Shown in pieces: positions 26,908 through 37,531 of a stretch of 37,678 nucleotides of DNA. This DNA comes from Candidatus Jorgensenbacteria bacterium (GTDB lineage Bacteria > Patescibacteriota > Minisyncoccia > UBA6257 > GWB1-50-10). The number at the start of each line of letters is the position of its first letter. Positions within the stretch are counted from its first letter, which is position 1. The position numbers were made by a program, and so were the translations under genes. The stretch is taken from the NCBI GenBank assembly GCA_016234345.1, contig JACRFG010000076.1:1-37678 (forward strand). Direction: 5' to 3'. Below the pieces are notes generated by a model. That model searched no databases. It saw only the letters and a list, made by a program, of their open reading frames with translations, and was not told the DNA's origin.

Positions 26908-28371
26908 TTATTTATTACTCGTCTCCAGTCTGGGAAAAAGATTGTCCGGTTTTTTTACAGTAAGGCTACTACCATCCCACACTATGGAATCGTTTATCTT
27001 TTTAGCTGTATTCGGTAAAAACGGGCCAAGCAACAAAGCTACAGCACCTAAAATCGTGACCAAATCAAATAATGCTTTTTTCTTCTCTTTTTCATCAATC
27101 ATAGCCCACGGTTTTTTATCGTTTACATACGAATCTCCGAAGCCGATCAAATTCCAAATGGCTGCTAGCGCTTCATGAAATTTATATTCATCAATTTTTT
27201 GAGCTACGCTATTTTTAGCCTTCTCAATTTTTTCGATAATGGACTCTTGGGCTTTTGCCATACCAGCAAAATCCACTGGAGCAGCCAGAGTTAACACCCG
27301 CGCCACAAAATTACCCAAACCATTAGCCAGGTCGCTCGCATACCGCTCCTCAAATTTCTGATGACTGAAATCACCATCATCGTACGATGGAACTTCCCGG
27401 AGAAAATAATATCGAACTGGATCGGTTCCATACTGTCGAACAAGTGCAAACGGATCGACGACATTACCAACCGTCTTAGACATCTTCTGACCATCAACAG
27501 TTATAAACCCGTGAACGAATAAGGATTTGGGTAGTTCAAGGCCAGCCGCAAGAAGCATGCCCGGCCAAATTGCCGCATGAAACCTAAGGTTATCTTTACC
27601 TAAAACGTGCAAATCAGCTGGCCACCATTTCTGCCACCCATCATCACGACCGTAACCAATAGCCGAAATATAGTTAGTGAGCGCGTCACACCACACATAC
27701 ATAACATGATCGGCGTCGTTCGGTACGGGTATACCCCAAGAAAGCATTTGGGTTGGACGAGAAAAACTTACATCCTCTAAACCCGTTTTAATGAATTCAA
27801 TAATTTCGTTCTTACGCGATACCGGAACTATTCTCATGATATCGTTTTGAATCGCATCTCTAATTTTTTCCGAATATTTCGAAAGCTTAAAAAAATAATT
27901 CTCTTCATCGATAACTTCCGGAGCTTTCTTATGAAGAAGGCATTTGCCATCCACTAAATCTTTTTGAGTAATAAAGGCTTCATGGCCGGCACAATAAAAG
28001 CCGCGATAGCGTTTTTTGTAAATATCCCCAGCCTCAAGTAGGCGCTGCCATAATAAGGTGGCGCCCGGCCAATGACGTTTATGATCAGTAGTTTGAATAA
28101 AATCATCCCACGACAAATCAAGGGCCTCACGCATACTTCGGAATTTAGCTGCATTCATATCAGCTAATTCTTGCGGTGTTTTACCTGAACTCTCCGCAGT
28201 TCGAACCACATTTACACCATGTTCATCGGTTCCAGTCAAAAACCAAACATCGTCGCCTCTAAAGCGGCGGTTTCTGGCAATGACGTCGGCCCAAACTTTC
28301 TGAATAGCGTGACCGATATGTGGCGGACCATTGACGTAATCAATGGCGGTAGTGATATAAAACTTTCCCAT
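26908..28371 (-). CDS. metG: Methionine--tRNA ligase (short form, no C-terminal tRNA-binding domain)
   Basis: YITTAIDYVNGPPHIGH, TGTDEHG, YVWCDAL, GKDNLRFH, KMSKT. Confidence 0.97.
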   Translation of the reverse strand: MGKFYITTAIDYVNGPPHIGHAIQKVWADVIARNRRFRGDDVWFLTGTDEHGVNVVRTAESSGKTPQELADMNAAKFRSMREALDLSWDDFIQTTDHKRHWPGATLLWQRLLEAGDIYKKRYRGFYCAGHEAFITQKDLVDGKCLLHKKAPEVIDEENYFFKLSKYSEKIRDAIQNDIMRIVPVSRKNEIIEFIKTGLEDVSFSRPTQMLSWGIPVPNDADHVMYVWCDALTNYISAIGYGRDDGWQKWWPADLHVLGKDNLRFHAAIWPGMLLAAGLELPKSLFVHGFITVDGQKMSKTVGNVVDPFALVRQYGTDPVRYYFLREVPSYDDGDFSHQKFEERYASDLANGLGNFVARVLTLAAPVDFAGMAKAQESIIEKIEKAKNSVAQKIDEYKFHEALAAIWNLIGFGDSYVNDKKPWAMIDEKEKKKALFDLVTILGAVALLLGPFLPNTAKKINDSIVWDGSSLTVKKPDNLFPRLETSNK

Positions 28372-28374
28372 TGT

Positions 28375-29397
28375 TTATAAACCAAGCGGCGTACGTTCGG
28401 TCTTTCGTTCGGATAAATAATTAAATATTTCCTGGGCCATAAGCGCCGAAGGCACCGCAAGAACCACTCCAACAAACCCGGCCACTTGACCACCGGCCAA
28501 AATAGAAACAATTACAAGGACCGGATGAACTTTTATCGCTTTACCCATAACCACAGGTATCAAAAGATGATTCTCCAACTGCTGAACACCAACAAAGAAA
28601 AGTAGGGCATAAAAACCCAAACCCAGAGAATCGGAAACCGCAAGTAGGAACGCTATGGTGCCAGTGACTATCGGACCCACAAGAGGCACGAGCTCCAAAA
28701 CACCGGCCAGAACACCCAAAACCAGAGGATAACGAACACCAAGAAACATCATACCGAAACCGACCACCACACCGATAATAAGACTTAAAATCAACTGCGC
28801 CCCAAACCATTTTCTTATTTTTATTTTAAAACGATTAAAAACGGTGAGTATCGGGCGTTCATATATATCGGGAATAAGAACTCGAAGAAACTTTTCTACG
28901 CCATCCTTTTCTAACGTGAGATAAAAAGCCGCTACAATAGTCGAAAAGAAAAGCACAACGCGAGAAAACACCGCGCTAAAAGCGCCGGCAATAGAAACAT
29001 TGATCGTGGAAAGAAAACCAAGCGCGCGATCAAGGCTTAAACTAAAATTCTTAACTATCGCGGCAGGAAGATTCACGCCAAAAATAGTTGATAGAGTACT
29101 GTCAAAATGTTCGACAAAACCGCCGATTTCGACAACTACGATTGGAACAATAAAATAGACAATCGTTGAAAAAACTAAAAGTCCTAGAAAAAAAACAATG
29201 AAAGTACCGAGGAGTCGATTTATTTTACGACTTTCAAGAAACATCACGATCGGCTCGAGACCAAGAGATATAACAACAGCAACAAGGAGAGCTCCCCAAA
29301 CTTGACGCGCAAGATACGCAATAACGATTAGTATCGCAAAAACACAAATACGCCAGAGCGATCGCCAGCTAAGATCGAGATGAGTATGATCAGTCAT
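28375..29397 (-). CDS. AI-2E (PerM) family transporter
   Basis: LELVPLVGP, QQLENHLLIP, HPVLV, GVVLAVP motifs; multi-TM. Confidence 0.93.
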   Translation of the reverse strand: MTDHTHLDLSWRSLWRICVFAILIVIAYLARQVWGALLVAVVISLGLEPIVMFLESRKINRLLGTFIVFFLGLLVFSTIVYFIVPIVVVEIGGFVEHFDSTLSTIFGVNLPAAIVKNFSLSLDRALGFLSTINVSIAGAFSAVFSRVVLFFSTIVAAFYLTLEKDGVEKFLRVLIPDIYERPILTVFNRFKIKIRKWFGAQLILSLIIGVVVGFGMMFLGVRYPLVLGVLAGVLELVPLVGPIVTGTIAFLLAVSDSLGLGFYALLFFVGVQQLENHLLIPVVMGKAIKVHPVLVIVSILAGGQVAGFVGVVLAVPSALMAQEIFNYLSERKTERTPLGL

Positions 29398-29401
29398 AAA
29401 A

Positions 29402-30682
29402 TTATATCTTCAATATAGCATTGAAGGTTCTGTCTTTGAAAGGACCAATGAGAGCGAGGTTTAGCCGGTTATTTACAAAAAGCTCCTTAGCAACAGCTTG
29501 GATTTCATCAGCTGTTACTAATTTAATTTTTTCGGCCGCAACCTGCGGCGTTTCAAGCGATACTCCCATCACTTCTTGACCGCCGTAGAAATAACCAAGT
29601 TCATCCGAAGTCTCAACCGAAAGGAAAAGATTCCCGACCAAATGATCTTTAGCGCGTTCCAATTCTTTAATTGGTACGGGTTCGTCTTTAAACCGACTAT
29701 ATTCACGAAGTACGGCGCTAATGACCGCCTCCAATTTAGTATGATCAACACCGGCCGCTGCAGCGATGAGACCGTGATCAGAAAAAAGATCGGGCGAAGC
29801 GTTTACATAGTAAGCAGCGCCCATTTCTTCACGAACTTTCTGAAATAATCTCGAACTCATTCCCCCGCCTAAAATATCGGAAAGGACTTGAAGCGCGTAC
29901 CGGCGTTTATCAAATACATCAAAAGCACGAAAGCCTAAAATAAAATGGGTTTGATCGGATTCCTTAAATCGCACAAGCTCGGATGGTTTATCTTGGGCTT
30001 CAATAACTTTGACCTTGCCTCCTTTTCCTCCTTCGTGCAAAGAAGTAAAATACGATTCAATGCGATCGGCAATATTTTTCTGTTCTGCCTCTCCCGCATG
30101 AGCGCCAGCCACAACAACGATTGTCGATTGGGGCAAATAATGCATATTACGGTAGGTTGTGAAATCATCTCGCGTTATCTTTCGAATAACGTCTTTCTGT
30201 CCACCTATAGGCCACCCGGCCGGCTGATCGCCATAGACGATTTCCATAAAAAGCTCTTGGACTTTGCGCTGTGGTATGTCTTCATACATATTTAACTCCT
30301 CGATGATTACGCCTTTCTCTTTTTCAATTTCTTGCTCCTCAAAAGTCGGGTTTAAATATAAATCTGCCACAAGATCTAGAATTTTATCAAAAGCCTCATT
30401 CTTGGCTTTGGCATAATAACTTGTAAATTCGTGGCTCGTGAATGCGTTATACTGCGCTCCCAAACCATCTAACTCGCCGGCAATATCAATGGGTCGTGGA
30501 CGCTTTATAGTTCCCTTAAAACACATGTGTTCTAAAAAATGCGAAAGGCCATTTTTGTCTTTTGATTCATATTTTGAACCAGCTTCAACAAGCACCATAA
30601 CAGTCGTAGCCAAACTCGACGGCTGCGGCACAAAAATAAGACGCAGGCCGTTTTTCAATTTAATACGATTAAAACTTTCCAT
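29402..30682 (-). CDS. M16B (pitrilysin-like) zinc peptidase
   Basis: Inverted zinc motif HFLEH, NAFTS, LGGGMSSRLFQKVRE. Confidence 0.95.
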   Translation of the reverse strand: MESFNRIKLKNGLRLIFVPQPSSLATTVMVLVEAGSKYESKDKNGLSHFLEHMCFKGTIKRPRPIDIAGELDGLGAQYNAFTSHEFTSYYAKAKNEAFDKILDLVADLYLNPTFEEQEIEKEKGVIIEELNMYEDIPQRKVQELFMEIVYGDQPAGWPIGGQKDVIRKITRDDFTTYRNMHYLPQSTIVVVAGAHAGEAEQKNIADRIESYFTSLHEGGKGGKVKVIEAQDKPSELVRFKESDQTHFILGFRAFDVFDKRRYALQVLSDILGGGMSSRLFQKVREEMGAAYYVNASPDLFSDHGLIAAAAGVDHTKLEAVISAVLREYSRFKDEPVPIKELERAKDHLVGNLFLSVETSDELGYFYGGQEVMGVSLETPQVAAEKIKLVTADEIQAVAKELFVNNRLNLALIGPFKDRTFNAILKI

Positions 30683-30716
30683 AATAATTATGTAAAAATG
30701 ATACTGTACAAAAACA

Positions 30717-30742
30717 AAAACAGCAACTTCGTTTGCTGTTTT
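30717..30742 (-). terminator. Intrinsic terminator
   Basis: aaaacagcaa-cttcgt-ttgctgtttt with a T-tract on the minus strand. Confidence 0.65.
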
Positions 30743-30788
30743 GTGTCCAAACTATCGAAGGTTTTATATCTTACTCGATGCAATCACA

Positions 30789-33596
30789 TTAATTAACAGC
30801 CGTGCTTCCACTCACTATCACCGTAAAACCGTGAGTCGCGCCGCCACCACGACCATCACTAACTTCAACACCCACCAAGTAAGACCCCGGCGCGGTCCAT
30901 GCCTTCCAAGTTTGAAAAAGTGAACAGTTTGATTCGTACGTACTGCAACCACCGCTTACTGAACTCACGTTCGTACCATCCCCCCACTTCACAATCCAAG
31001 AAAGATAGTCATTGTCCGGATCTAAAGCTTTCCACCCAAGCGAAACACCTTGTCCGACTACAGCATTTAGCGTCCCACCGGAATCAACTGGACTTGCAGT
31101 AATCTTCGGTGGAGTATTCGTTTGATTAGCAGCAACGCTTACGGTTACAGTTGATACTGCTGTTGCGCCTTTATCATCTTTAACTGTAAAAGTAATTTTA
31201 TATGTCCCAGCGTTCACATAACTGTGAGTGAATGATGATTCTTGTTTAGCTGCCGAACCGCCAACGCTTTCGCTCGCAGACGCAGGATATCCATCGCCCC
31301 AATTAATTCCGTAGTAGAGATATCCTCCCTCTGGATCATACGCCGAAACATTCCATGTACCGACTTCGCCAACCCGAAGCGTTGTAGGCCCTCCAACGCC
31401 AACAATGACCGGAGATTTATTTTCCGACGACGGCGCAAAATCATTACACTTCACAAACTCATGGTTATGATCGCCAAAATAAGCCCAGACGCGACGGGGC
31501 ACGCCGTCGTTCTTCCAATCAACATCATCAACACCAGGCGTATACCATTCAGACCAGCCTCCCGAAAACCACTGAATCCTATATTTCATAATCTCCGGAT
31601 ACGATGATGTATCAAGACCAAGATTGCTAAATTCTCTTGTATAGAGCGGTGCACGACGAACGGTTTCGGTGGTTGTTCTACACGTACGCTCAACAACACC
31701 AGACGTTACAGAAATATAGCCTCCCGACCACCCTTCATAAGCTGGCTTTTCCGGATCATCGCCAACCCATACCCGAACACGCAATTTTTTACCGACAAGT
31801 CCCGAATCGGAAACAATATATGACGTTCTCCCGAACCGATAATCATCTTTATTCACAAAAGTATCGTTGGCCTGCCACTTAACAACCGTTGTTCCCTGTT
31901 CATCAACGAGCGAGAGCCACGGCCGGTAATACCAAAACTGCGTACTCACGCCAGTAGTATTCCAACCGATTGCATACGTTTTCCCGACTTGCCACTCTTC
32001 ACCGCCGGCTGGCGAATTCACCTGAATTTGTCCGGTTACCGGTGGCTGAACTTGACTCCCAACAATTGAAAACAAAGCACTCATACCACTCACGCCGGTT
32101 TCTTGAACCTGTACCGTAATCTGTTGTTTGCCTCGATACATTTCCGGCAAATCCGAAGGAACTTTCCATTCGTAGGAACCATTGTTCATGGCACCTTTCA
32201 CGATGACATAGGGCTTAACCAGCTGAAAGGCACAGGTTGCGCCGAGAGATAAAGGCGGACAGGAAGGCTGCGGCGGCTCGAGCGTAATCGAGACGAGCTC
32301 AAATGCCTTGCCCAAAGGCGACGGCGGCACGCTCCACCTTATTACATAACTCTTACCCGCATACCATTCTTCACCATACCCAGGCGAATACACTTTTAAT
32401 TCTGCCGATGGAGGTGGCGTATCAACTATAGAAACTATTGAAAACGGATTGCTGGAACTAAAACCTCCCTCGCCATCTGAAATGTAGAACTGATATTTAC
32501 CTTTAAGATTGCTCGGAACAAAAAATGGGTATGTCCCGACGTTTTCAAAACTACCGCTTATCCAACTCTTAGAAGCGGAAGCGGCTGCGATCGAAAGATC
32601 AATGAGCGTAAGCTCAACACGCTTTGATCCGCCAGTCCATGCAACCTTGTAAGTATGACCTTGCCGCCATTCTTCTCCGTACGCCGGTGAATAAAATTGA
32701 ATCTTTGAGGTGGGTGGCTGTATAACATTGTCGATTAACGCAACCTTATGAGCGGTTAAGGCCCAGAAACCTCCTTCTAAATTCAGGTATTCGGCCTTAC
32801 CGCTGATTACAACACGGCGATTCTCAAATTTCTTGAGCGAATTCAATGCCTCATCGCTTGCTGCCTGAACTCTATACGAACCCCTATCGATATCACTTGC
32901 ATCTAAAATATGTGTTCCCCACATCTGAATGCTCGGGCCGGATACTTTGAGAAGTCCTTTAAATGTATCGGATCGGGGCGGTACTGGCTGAATACGACCG
33001 CATTCTTCAAAATATTGACTCATGATTTTCTGAATATGTCCAAGTGTTGTATCGTCGAGCATGCCAGTCAGAGAAATATTATTGGCTTTTTGGAATCGTT
33101 CGACCGCAGCTTGTGTGCGTTTACCGAAATAACCCGTGATCAAACCTTCCGGATAATGTCCAGATTTATTGAGTAACATTTGAAGAAGGAAAACCGCATC
33201 GTGGCGGCTACCAAATTTTAGCACCGGCAATTTACACGACACATAGGGATTACCCGGTAATTCATCAAGCACTACAAAATTTTCTCCCCCACCCACCGTG
33301 GGTGGCACCGCAACCTTAAGCGGTTCGTTTGTAGGAAGAGAGGGAATGGGCGGTGTTACACTTGGGGGCTTAGACGGCGAAAGAGTTGCTGACACCGAAC
33401 TTTGCTGATCGACTTTACGCAATTCTTCAACCTTCTTCTTAAGCGCTTCGATTTGCGCCTGAAGTTTGCTCACAATCGAAGAAAGTTGGGCTAGCTGTGG
33501 AACCCCGCTTGTTTGTGCCTCAACCGCAGGTGTTACAGTAAATACTCCACCGACGACCACCAAACCAACCAAGCTCGCAATAAAAATCTTCTTCAT
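30789..33596 (-). CDS. Large surface protein: signal peptide, coiled coil, PG-binding domain, SPxGGExW Ig-like repeats, PKD-like domains
   Basis: LKFGSR..V..LQ..L, ITGYFGKRTQAAVERFQ; SPAYGEEW/SPGYGEEW/SPAGGEEW; INWGDG..HSYVNAGTY. Confidence 0.88.
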   Translation of the reverse strand: MKKIFIASLVGLVVVGGVFTVTPAVEAQTSGVPQLAQLSSIVSKLQAQIEALKKKVEELRKVDQQSSVSATLSPSKPPSVTPPIPSLPTNEPLKVAVPPTVGGGENFVVLDELPGNPYVSCKLPVLKFGSRHDAVFLLQMLLNKSGHYPEGLITGYFGKRTQAAVERFQKANNISLTGMLDDTTLGHIQKIMSQYFEECGRIQPVPPRSDTFKGLLKVSGPSIQMWGTHILDASDIDRGSYRVQAASDEALNSLKKFENRRVVISGKAEYLNLEGGFWALTAHKVALIDNVIQPPTSKIQFYSPAYGEEWRQGHTYKVAWTGGSKRVELTLIDLSIAAASASKSWISGSFENVGTYPFFVPSNLKGKYQFYISDGEGGFSSSNPFSIVSIVDTPPPSAELKVYSPGYGEEWYAGKSYVIRWSVPPSPLGKAFELVSITLEPPQPSCPPLSLGATCAFQLVKPYVIVKGAMNNGSYEWKVPSDLPEMYRGKQQITVQVQETGVSGMSALFSIVGSQVQPPVTGQIQVNSPAGGEEWQVGKTYAIGWNTTGVSTQFWYYRPWLSLVDEQGTTVVKWQANDTFVNKDDYRFGRTSYIVSDSGLVGKKLRVRVWVGDDPEKPAYEGWSGGYISVTSGVVERTCRTTTETVRRAPLYTREFSNLGLDTSSYPEIMKYRIQWFSGGWSEWYTPGVDDVDWKNDGVPRRVWAYFGDHNHEFVKCNDFAPSSENKSPVIVGVGGPTTLRVGEVGTWNVSAYDPEGGYLYYGINWGDGYPASASESVGGSAAKQESSFTHSYVNAGTYKITFTVKDDKGATAVSTVTVSVAANQTNTPPKITASPVDSGGTLNAVVGQGVSLGWKALDPDNDYLSWIVKWGDGTNVSSVSGGCSTYESNCSLFQTWKAWTAPGSYLVGVEVSDGRGGGATHGFTVIVSGSTAVN

Positions 33597-33665
33597 ATAA
33601 ATACTTAAAATTTGTGACCTTTTGTGTTAAGTATACGCCATTCAATAAAAATTGTTACTGCACAC

Positions 33666-33690
33666 AAACCCCGACGTAGCGTCGGGGTTT
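33666..33690 (-). terminator. Intrinsic terminator hairpin
   Basis: aaaccccgacg-tag-cgtcggggttt just after the stop at 33697. Confidence 0.75.
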
Positions 33691-33696
33691 ATATGC

Positions 33697-36600
33697 CTAG
33701 TAGATCAATTTCAGAAGCTCTTCTAGCTGGGCTGTTATCTGGTCAAGTTGTAGCTGAACCGCATCAAAAAGTTCGGATGAGCCTTTGTAATACGGCGTCC
33801 CGTAAGGGGTCCCGTATGGAGTTCCATAGGGAGTTGGGTATATAACTATTGGCGTAAAAGTTGCTTCTACGTTTTTATAAGTATTCATCACAATCGTACA
33901 AGTGGTTGAGGTAGTATTAGCACATTCTCCCGTAAGAGCGGGGCCGGCTGTTACACGCCATCCACCAAATACGTATCCTGATCGAGTGTATGCTCTCAAG
34001 GTTACCGATGTATTGGCCGAGAAATACTCGTAGCAATCGCTGGGACAATCGATGCCAGCTGGAGTACTCGATACAAACCCACCAGACGAAGAAGCAACCA
34101 TCATTGTTAACGAATAAGCTGGCGCTAATACATTAACAGGCAACATCGATGTTGATAAAGCCTGATTAGTATCTTGCACTCTTAAGGTTATAGTTCGTGT
34201 TTGTCCTGACTGACTATATGTATGATTAAATGATTGAGACCAACTACCACCACTAATACCACCATACAGAACCTGAGTATTATCACCCCAATTAATATTG
34301 TAGTTGGCTAGGTTACTATTCGGATCACTTGCTGAAAATATCCAGGTAGTTGTCGCAAACACAGGCGTGCTTGTTGGTCCACTTATATTAGTGATGGGGG
34401 ATTGGTTACTAACACTATTGAACGTTGCTCTTACCTCTTTGTTCGAATCCATAAGAATACGACACGACGTTGAAGTTCCAAAGGAAGTACATTCCCCTCC
34501 CCAACCATTAAAGACAGAAGTAGAAGTAGGAGTGGAAGTCGGAAAAGCATACAAAGTAACAAAGGTGTTGGGTACGAAACGATTGAAACAAGACGTGTAA
34601 CCAGCGCCACACACAATGCCTGGTCCAGAAACATAACCCAGATCAACACCACTAACGGTAACGTATAGATAAGGTTGCTCAAAAACAGATACTTGCCTTA
34701 GAGCCGTCGAAGATGCTGCGTTGGTATCCCACACTTTCAAACCAATAGACCTGGTTCCACTCGCGGTGTAACGATGATTAAATGATTGAGACCAACTACC
34801 ACCACTTATAGTCATCGGCCCTTGGGGAGCAGTACCATCGCCCCACTCTATAGTGTAAGAATTGAGATTACTGTCTGGATCGGTTGCTCCGAATGTCCAG
34901 GTAGTTGTCGCAAACACAGGCGTGCTTGTTGGTCCGGTGATACTTGCTGTGGGAGGTTGGTTGGTAACACCACCCTCATAATCAACTGCAGCGATTGTAA
35001 TAGGTACTACATACCGTTCTAGACGAATATTAGAAGTTGTACCATCGTTCCAAAGAACATCACTGTCATAGGCTATCTGCGCTAGTAATGACCCGCCGTT
35101 AAAATTAGTTGAATTAACTCTGATCTTAGAATCTCTGGTTATGCCAGCCGAGATATATTGATGTGGTGTAAAAGTAACACTGCACCAACCCCGAACTGGT
35201 GCGCAGATCTGTTGTGTTGAGCTACCCAACGGCATATTGGTAGAAGAATTAACTAAATCAACGGTAAATGGAGCAGTACCCGAAGAAATAGCAGTGCCGG
35301 TAAAAGTAGAAGTAACAACATCGAGTGTAAGCGAACCCTGAGATGCGGCCGACCAATTAATCGCTGCTAAATCATCAACAGCAGTTTTCGAACGACTGGT
35401 GATTGCACCAATAACATTTGAGCTGATACTTAATTTTGTTCTATAAACTGATTGCTTATTACCAACTGCAGTGCCGGTAATACGAGCATTAACGGCTGAA
35501 GTTACGCCACGAGCAGAAACAGTAAGTACGTCAAACGTATGACCTGAATTCGAAACCGCGCCTTCGTTATACGTTTTCACATCACCCTTTAAGAACAATG
35601 TCTTTGAGCTATTCCGTAAAACTCTGACTGGTGTAGAGAACGAAAACCAAACTGTTGAGCTTGAAGGAGGGCCTACTACAGGATCTGCCGGACCACCCAC
35701 AACCGTAGCACCGTCATAGACCTTCATCTGCTTAAAAGTAGCTTCCCGCGTTGGATTATTTTGAATGGCGTCGTGGAAAGCTATGCCTGTGATATCAATA
35801 TCATCAGCACCATCGGCGCTAAGTCGAATTGCAAGCACTGAATTCTGAGTTGTACCCATCACGAGTTGCCGGGCTGGCGGTGTCGCCGCATCAACTGCCA
35901 CCGCAAGAATTGGTTGTGTCGAACTAGAAATGATACTGAAATTTGAATTACTACTATCAGTAGCTAATATGGTTCCGCTACTGTTATAAAGCGGAGTTAC
36001 TATAGTGTAGTCATTAGCTGAACTCAGATTTGTGGGTGTCCAACTAACATTGCCTGTTGGCGGTTGCAGATAAGATAAATCTCGTAGAGGATTTCCTGCT
36101 TTATAAAGTTTTATATCTACTTTTGCATCGGCCGGATAATTTGTTGATTGCCAGGAAATAAGATGAGAAGTGCCAAGTTGCCACTGTTCACCGCCGTTAG
36201 GGGAAGTAACGGTAATGGAAGGTTGAGTTGAGGTGACAACAATAATCGAGAAAGGCGTGTCACTTATATCATTGATAATCAGGCCGCTGACTATTGTTTT
36301 TGCAAATAACCTATACAAACCACTCGGGATATTCAATGGAACACGAATCTGCTCAATACCATCGTTAGTCGAGGTGGCAGGCACAAGTAAATAATCTTCG
36401 TTATAATTCCTTTCTGACTTCACTCCAAAAGTTATTTCATTAGTCGTTGGCGTATTTACCGTTGACCATCTCACGCCATAAGAATTTCCGGCCTGCCATG
36501 TTTCCCCGCCATTAGGCGAAACAACGGTAATTGATGCTTGAGTTGAAGTCGAAGAAGTAATACTGAAATAATTATCACTAAAATCTTGAGTTACTATCTG

Positions 36601-37461
36601 ATGCGTTGAACCATCAAATAATTTCACTCCTAAGGTGTAGCCTCCTCCTGGGGAGAGTGTTTCATCCACACTCCATTGATAAGAATCAGTCGGTAGAAAA
36701 TAAAGATTACCAAGATAACGGGTGTAAACCGCACTGCCATTTTGATAAAGTGTGGCTTTAACATATGACGGATTCGATGTTGAACTCACATTAGAAACAT
36801 TACTAGATCTCCAAGAAACCGCGTAAGTCCTCCCAACCTGCCATGTTTCCCCGCCATTCGGCGAAACAACGGTAATTGACGGACCAGGAATAGGACGCGG
36901 ACGCGGACCACAATCCGTAAGATATAAAGGAGTAAGAACATTTAATTCTTTAGCGGTCGCGACATCAACGTTACCGGTTACTGTTAAACCTTTAGCAACC
37001 TGGAAACGCTTAACTGCTTCGGAAGTAAGGCGACCGTAATACGTGCTTTTAATGCGTTCCGGATAATAACCAGATTTATCCAAAACTTCTTGCAAACGCG
37101 TTACTTCACTACCCCGAGAACCGATTTGCGCAGTGGTAATTTGACATTGTTGTTGCGAAACCGCTGACACGCCTAAAGAACTAGCCGGGACTGCTGAAGT
37201 AGCTGGTATGGCCGGAGTTACGCTAGGCACGGCTGGAGTTGCCGGAATTGCTGGCGTTGCCGCTTGCTTTTGTAAGAGCGACCTAACTAACTCTTGAAGG
37301 GCTTGAATCTGTTTTTGAAGATCGCTAACGGTTGACACTACCTCTGCAAGAAACGATGGATTCTGAACCTCTTCGCTATGAGCATCGACTTTTTGAATAG
37401 GGAGCCAAAGACCCACGACGAGCAAAGAACTAACTAAACTACCGATGAAAATTTTTCTCAT
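33697..37461 (-). CDS. Giant surface protein: PG-binding domain, 3 SPNGGE Ig-like repeats, 2 PKD-like and 2 InlB-B-repeat-like domains, YGTP repeats
   Basis: GSRGSEVTRLQ..YYGRLTSEAVKRFQ; ITVVSPNGGETW; WGDG/WGDN; F.GW.G.C...C.I.M...K.V.ATF twice. Confidence 0.88.
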   Translation of the reverse strand: MRKIFIGSLVSSLLVVGLWLPIQKVDAHSEEVQNPSFLAEVVSTVSDLQKQIQALQELVRSLLQKQAATPAIPATPAVPSVTPAIPATSAVPASSLGVSAVSQQQCQITTAQIGSRGSEVTRLQEVLDKSGYYPERIKSTYYGRLTSEAVKRFQVAKGLTVTGNVDVATAKELNVLTPLYLTDCGPRPRPIPGPSITVVSPNGGETWQVGRTYAVSWRSSNVSNVSSTSNPSYVKATLYQNGSAVYTRYLGNLYFLPTDSYQWSVDETLSPGGGYTLGVKLFDGSTHQIVTQDFSDNYFSITSSTSTQASITVVSPNGGETWQAGNSYGVRWSTVNTPTTNEITFGVKSERNYNEDYLLVPATSTNDGIEQIRVPLNIPSGLYRLFAKTIVSGLIINDISDTPFSIIVVTSTQPSITVTSPNGGEQWQLGTSHLISWQSTNYPADAKVDIKLYKAGNPLRDLSYLQPPTGNVSWTPTNLSSANDYTIVTPLYNSSGTILATDSSNSNFSIISSSTQPILAVAVDAATPPARQLVMGTTQNSVLAIRLSADGADDIDITGIAFHDAIQNNPTREATFKQMKVYDGATVVGGPADPVVGPPSSSTVWFSFSTPVRVLRNSSKTLFLKGDVKTYNEGAVSNSGHTFDVLTVSARGVTSAVNARITGTAVGNKQSVYRTKLSISSNVIGAITSRSKTAVDDLAAINWSAASQGSLTLDVVTSTFTGTAISSGTAPFTVDLVNSSTNMPLGSSTQQICAPVRGWCSVTFTPHQYISAGITRDSKIRVNSTNFNGGSLLAQIAYDSDVLWNDGTTSNIRLERYVVPITIAAVDYEGGVTNQPPTASITGPTSTPVFATTTWTFGATDPDSNLNSYTIEWGDGTAPQGPMTISGGSWSQSFNHRYTASGTRSIGLKVWDTNAASSTALRQVSVFEQPYLYVTVSGVDLGYVSGPGIVCGAGYTSCFNRFVPNTFVTLYAFPTSTPTSTSVFNGWGGECTSFGTSTSCRILMDSNKEVRATFNSVSNQSPITNISGPTSTPVFATTTWIFSASDPNSNLANYNINWGDNTQVLYGGISGGSWSQSFNHTYSQSGQTRTITLRVQDTNQALSTSMLPVNVLAPAYSLTMMVASSSGGFVSSTPAGIDCPSDCYEYFSANTSVTLRAYTRSGYVFGGWRVTAGPALTGECANTTSTTCTIVMNTYKNVEATFTPIVIYPTPYGTPYGTPYGTPYYKGSSELFDAVQLQLDQITAQLEELLKLIY
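34222..34935. repeat. Identical 33-nt and 40-nt blocks shared by the two PKD-like repeats
   Basis: 34222-34254 = 34774-34806; 34341-34380 = 34896-34935. Confidence 0.9.
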
Positions 37462-37531
37462 ACTATAAATAGATTTGTTTGACGACTTTTAATATTTAAA
37501 TAATAAAACGTGGGGGGGTAGGTGCAAGGCC

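Noticed and set aside
34222..34935. DGR template/variable repeat pair
   Set aside because: No reverse transcriptase in the window; differences are not adenine-restricted and include an indel; both copies are coding.
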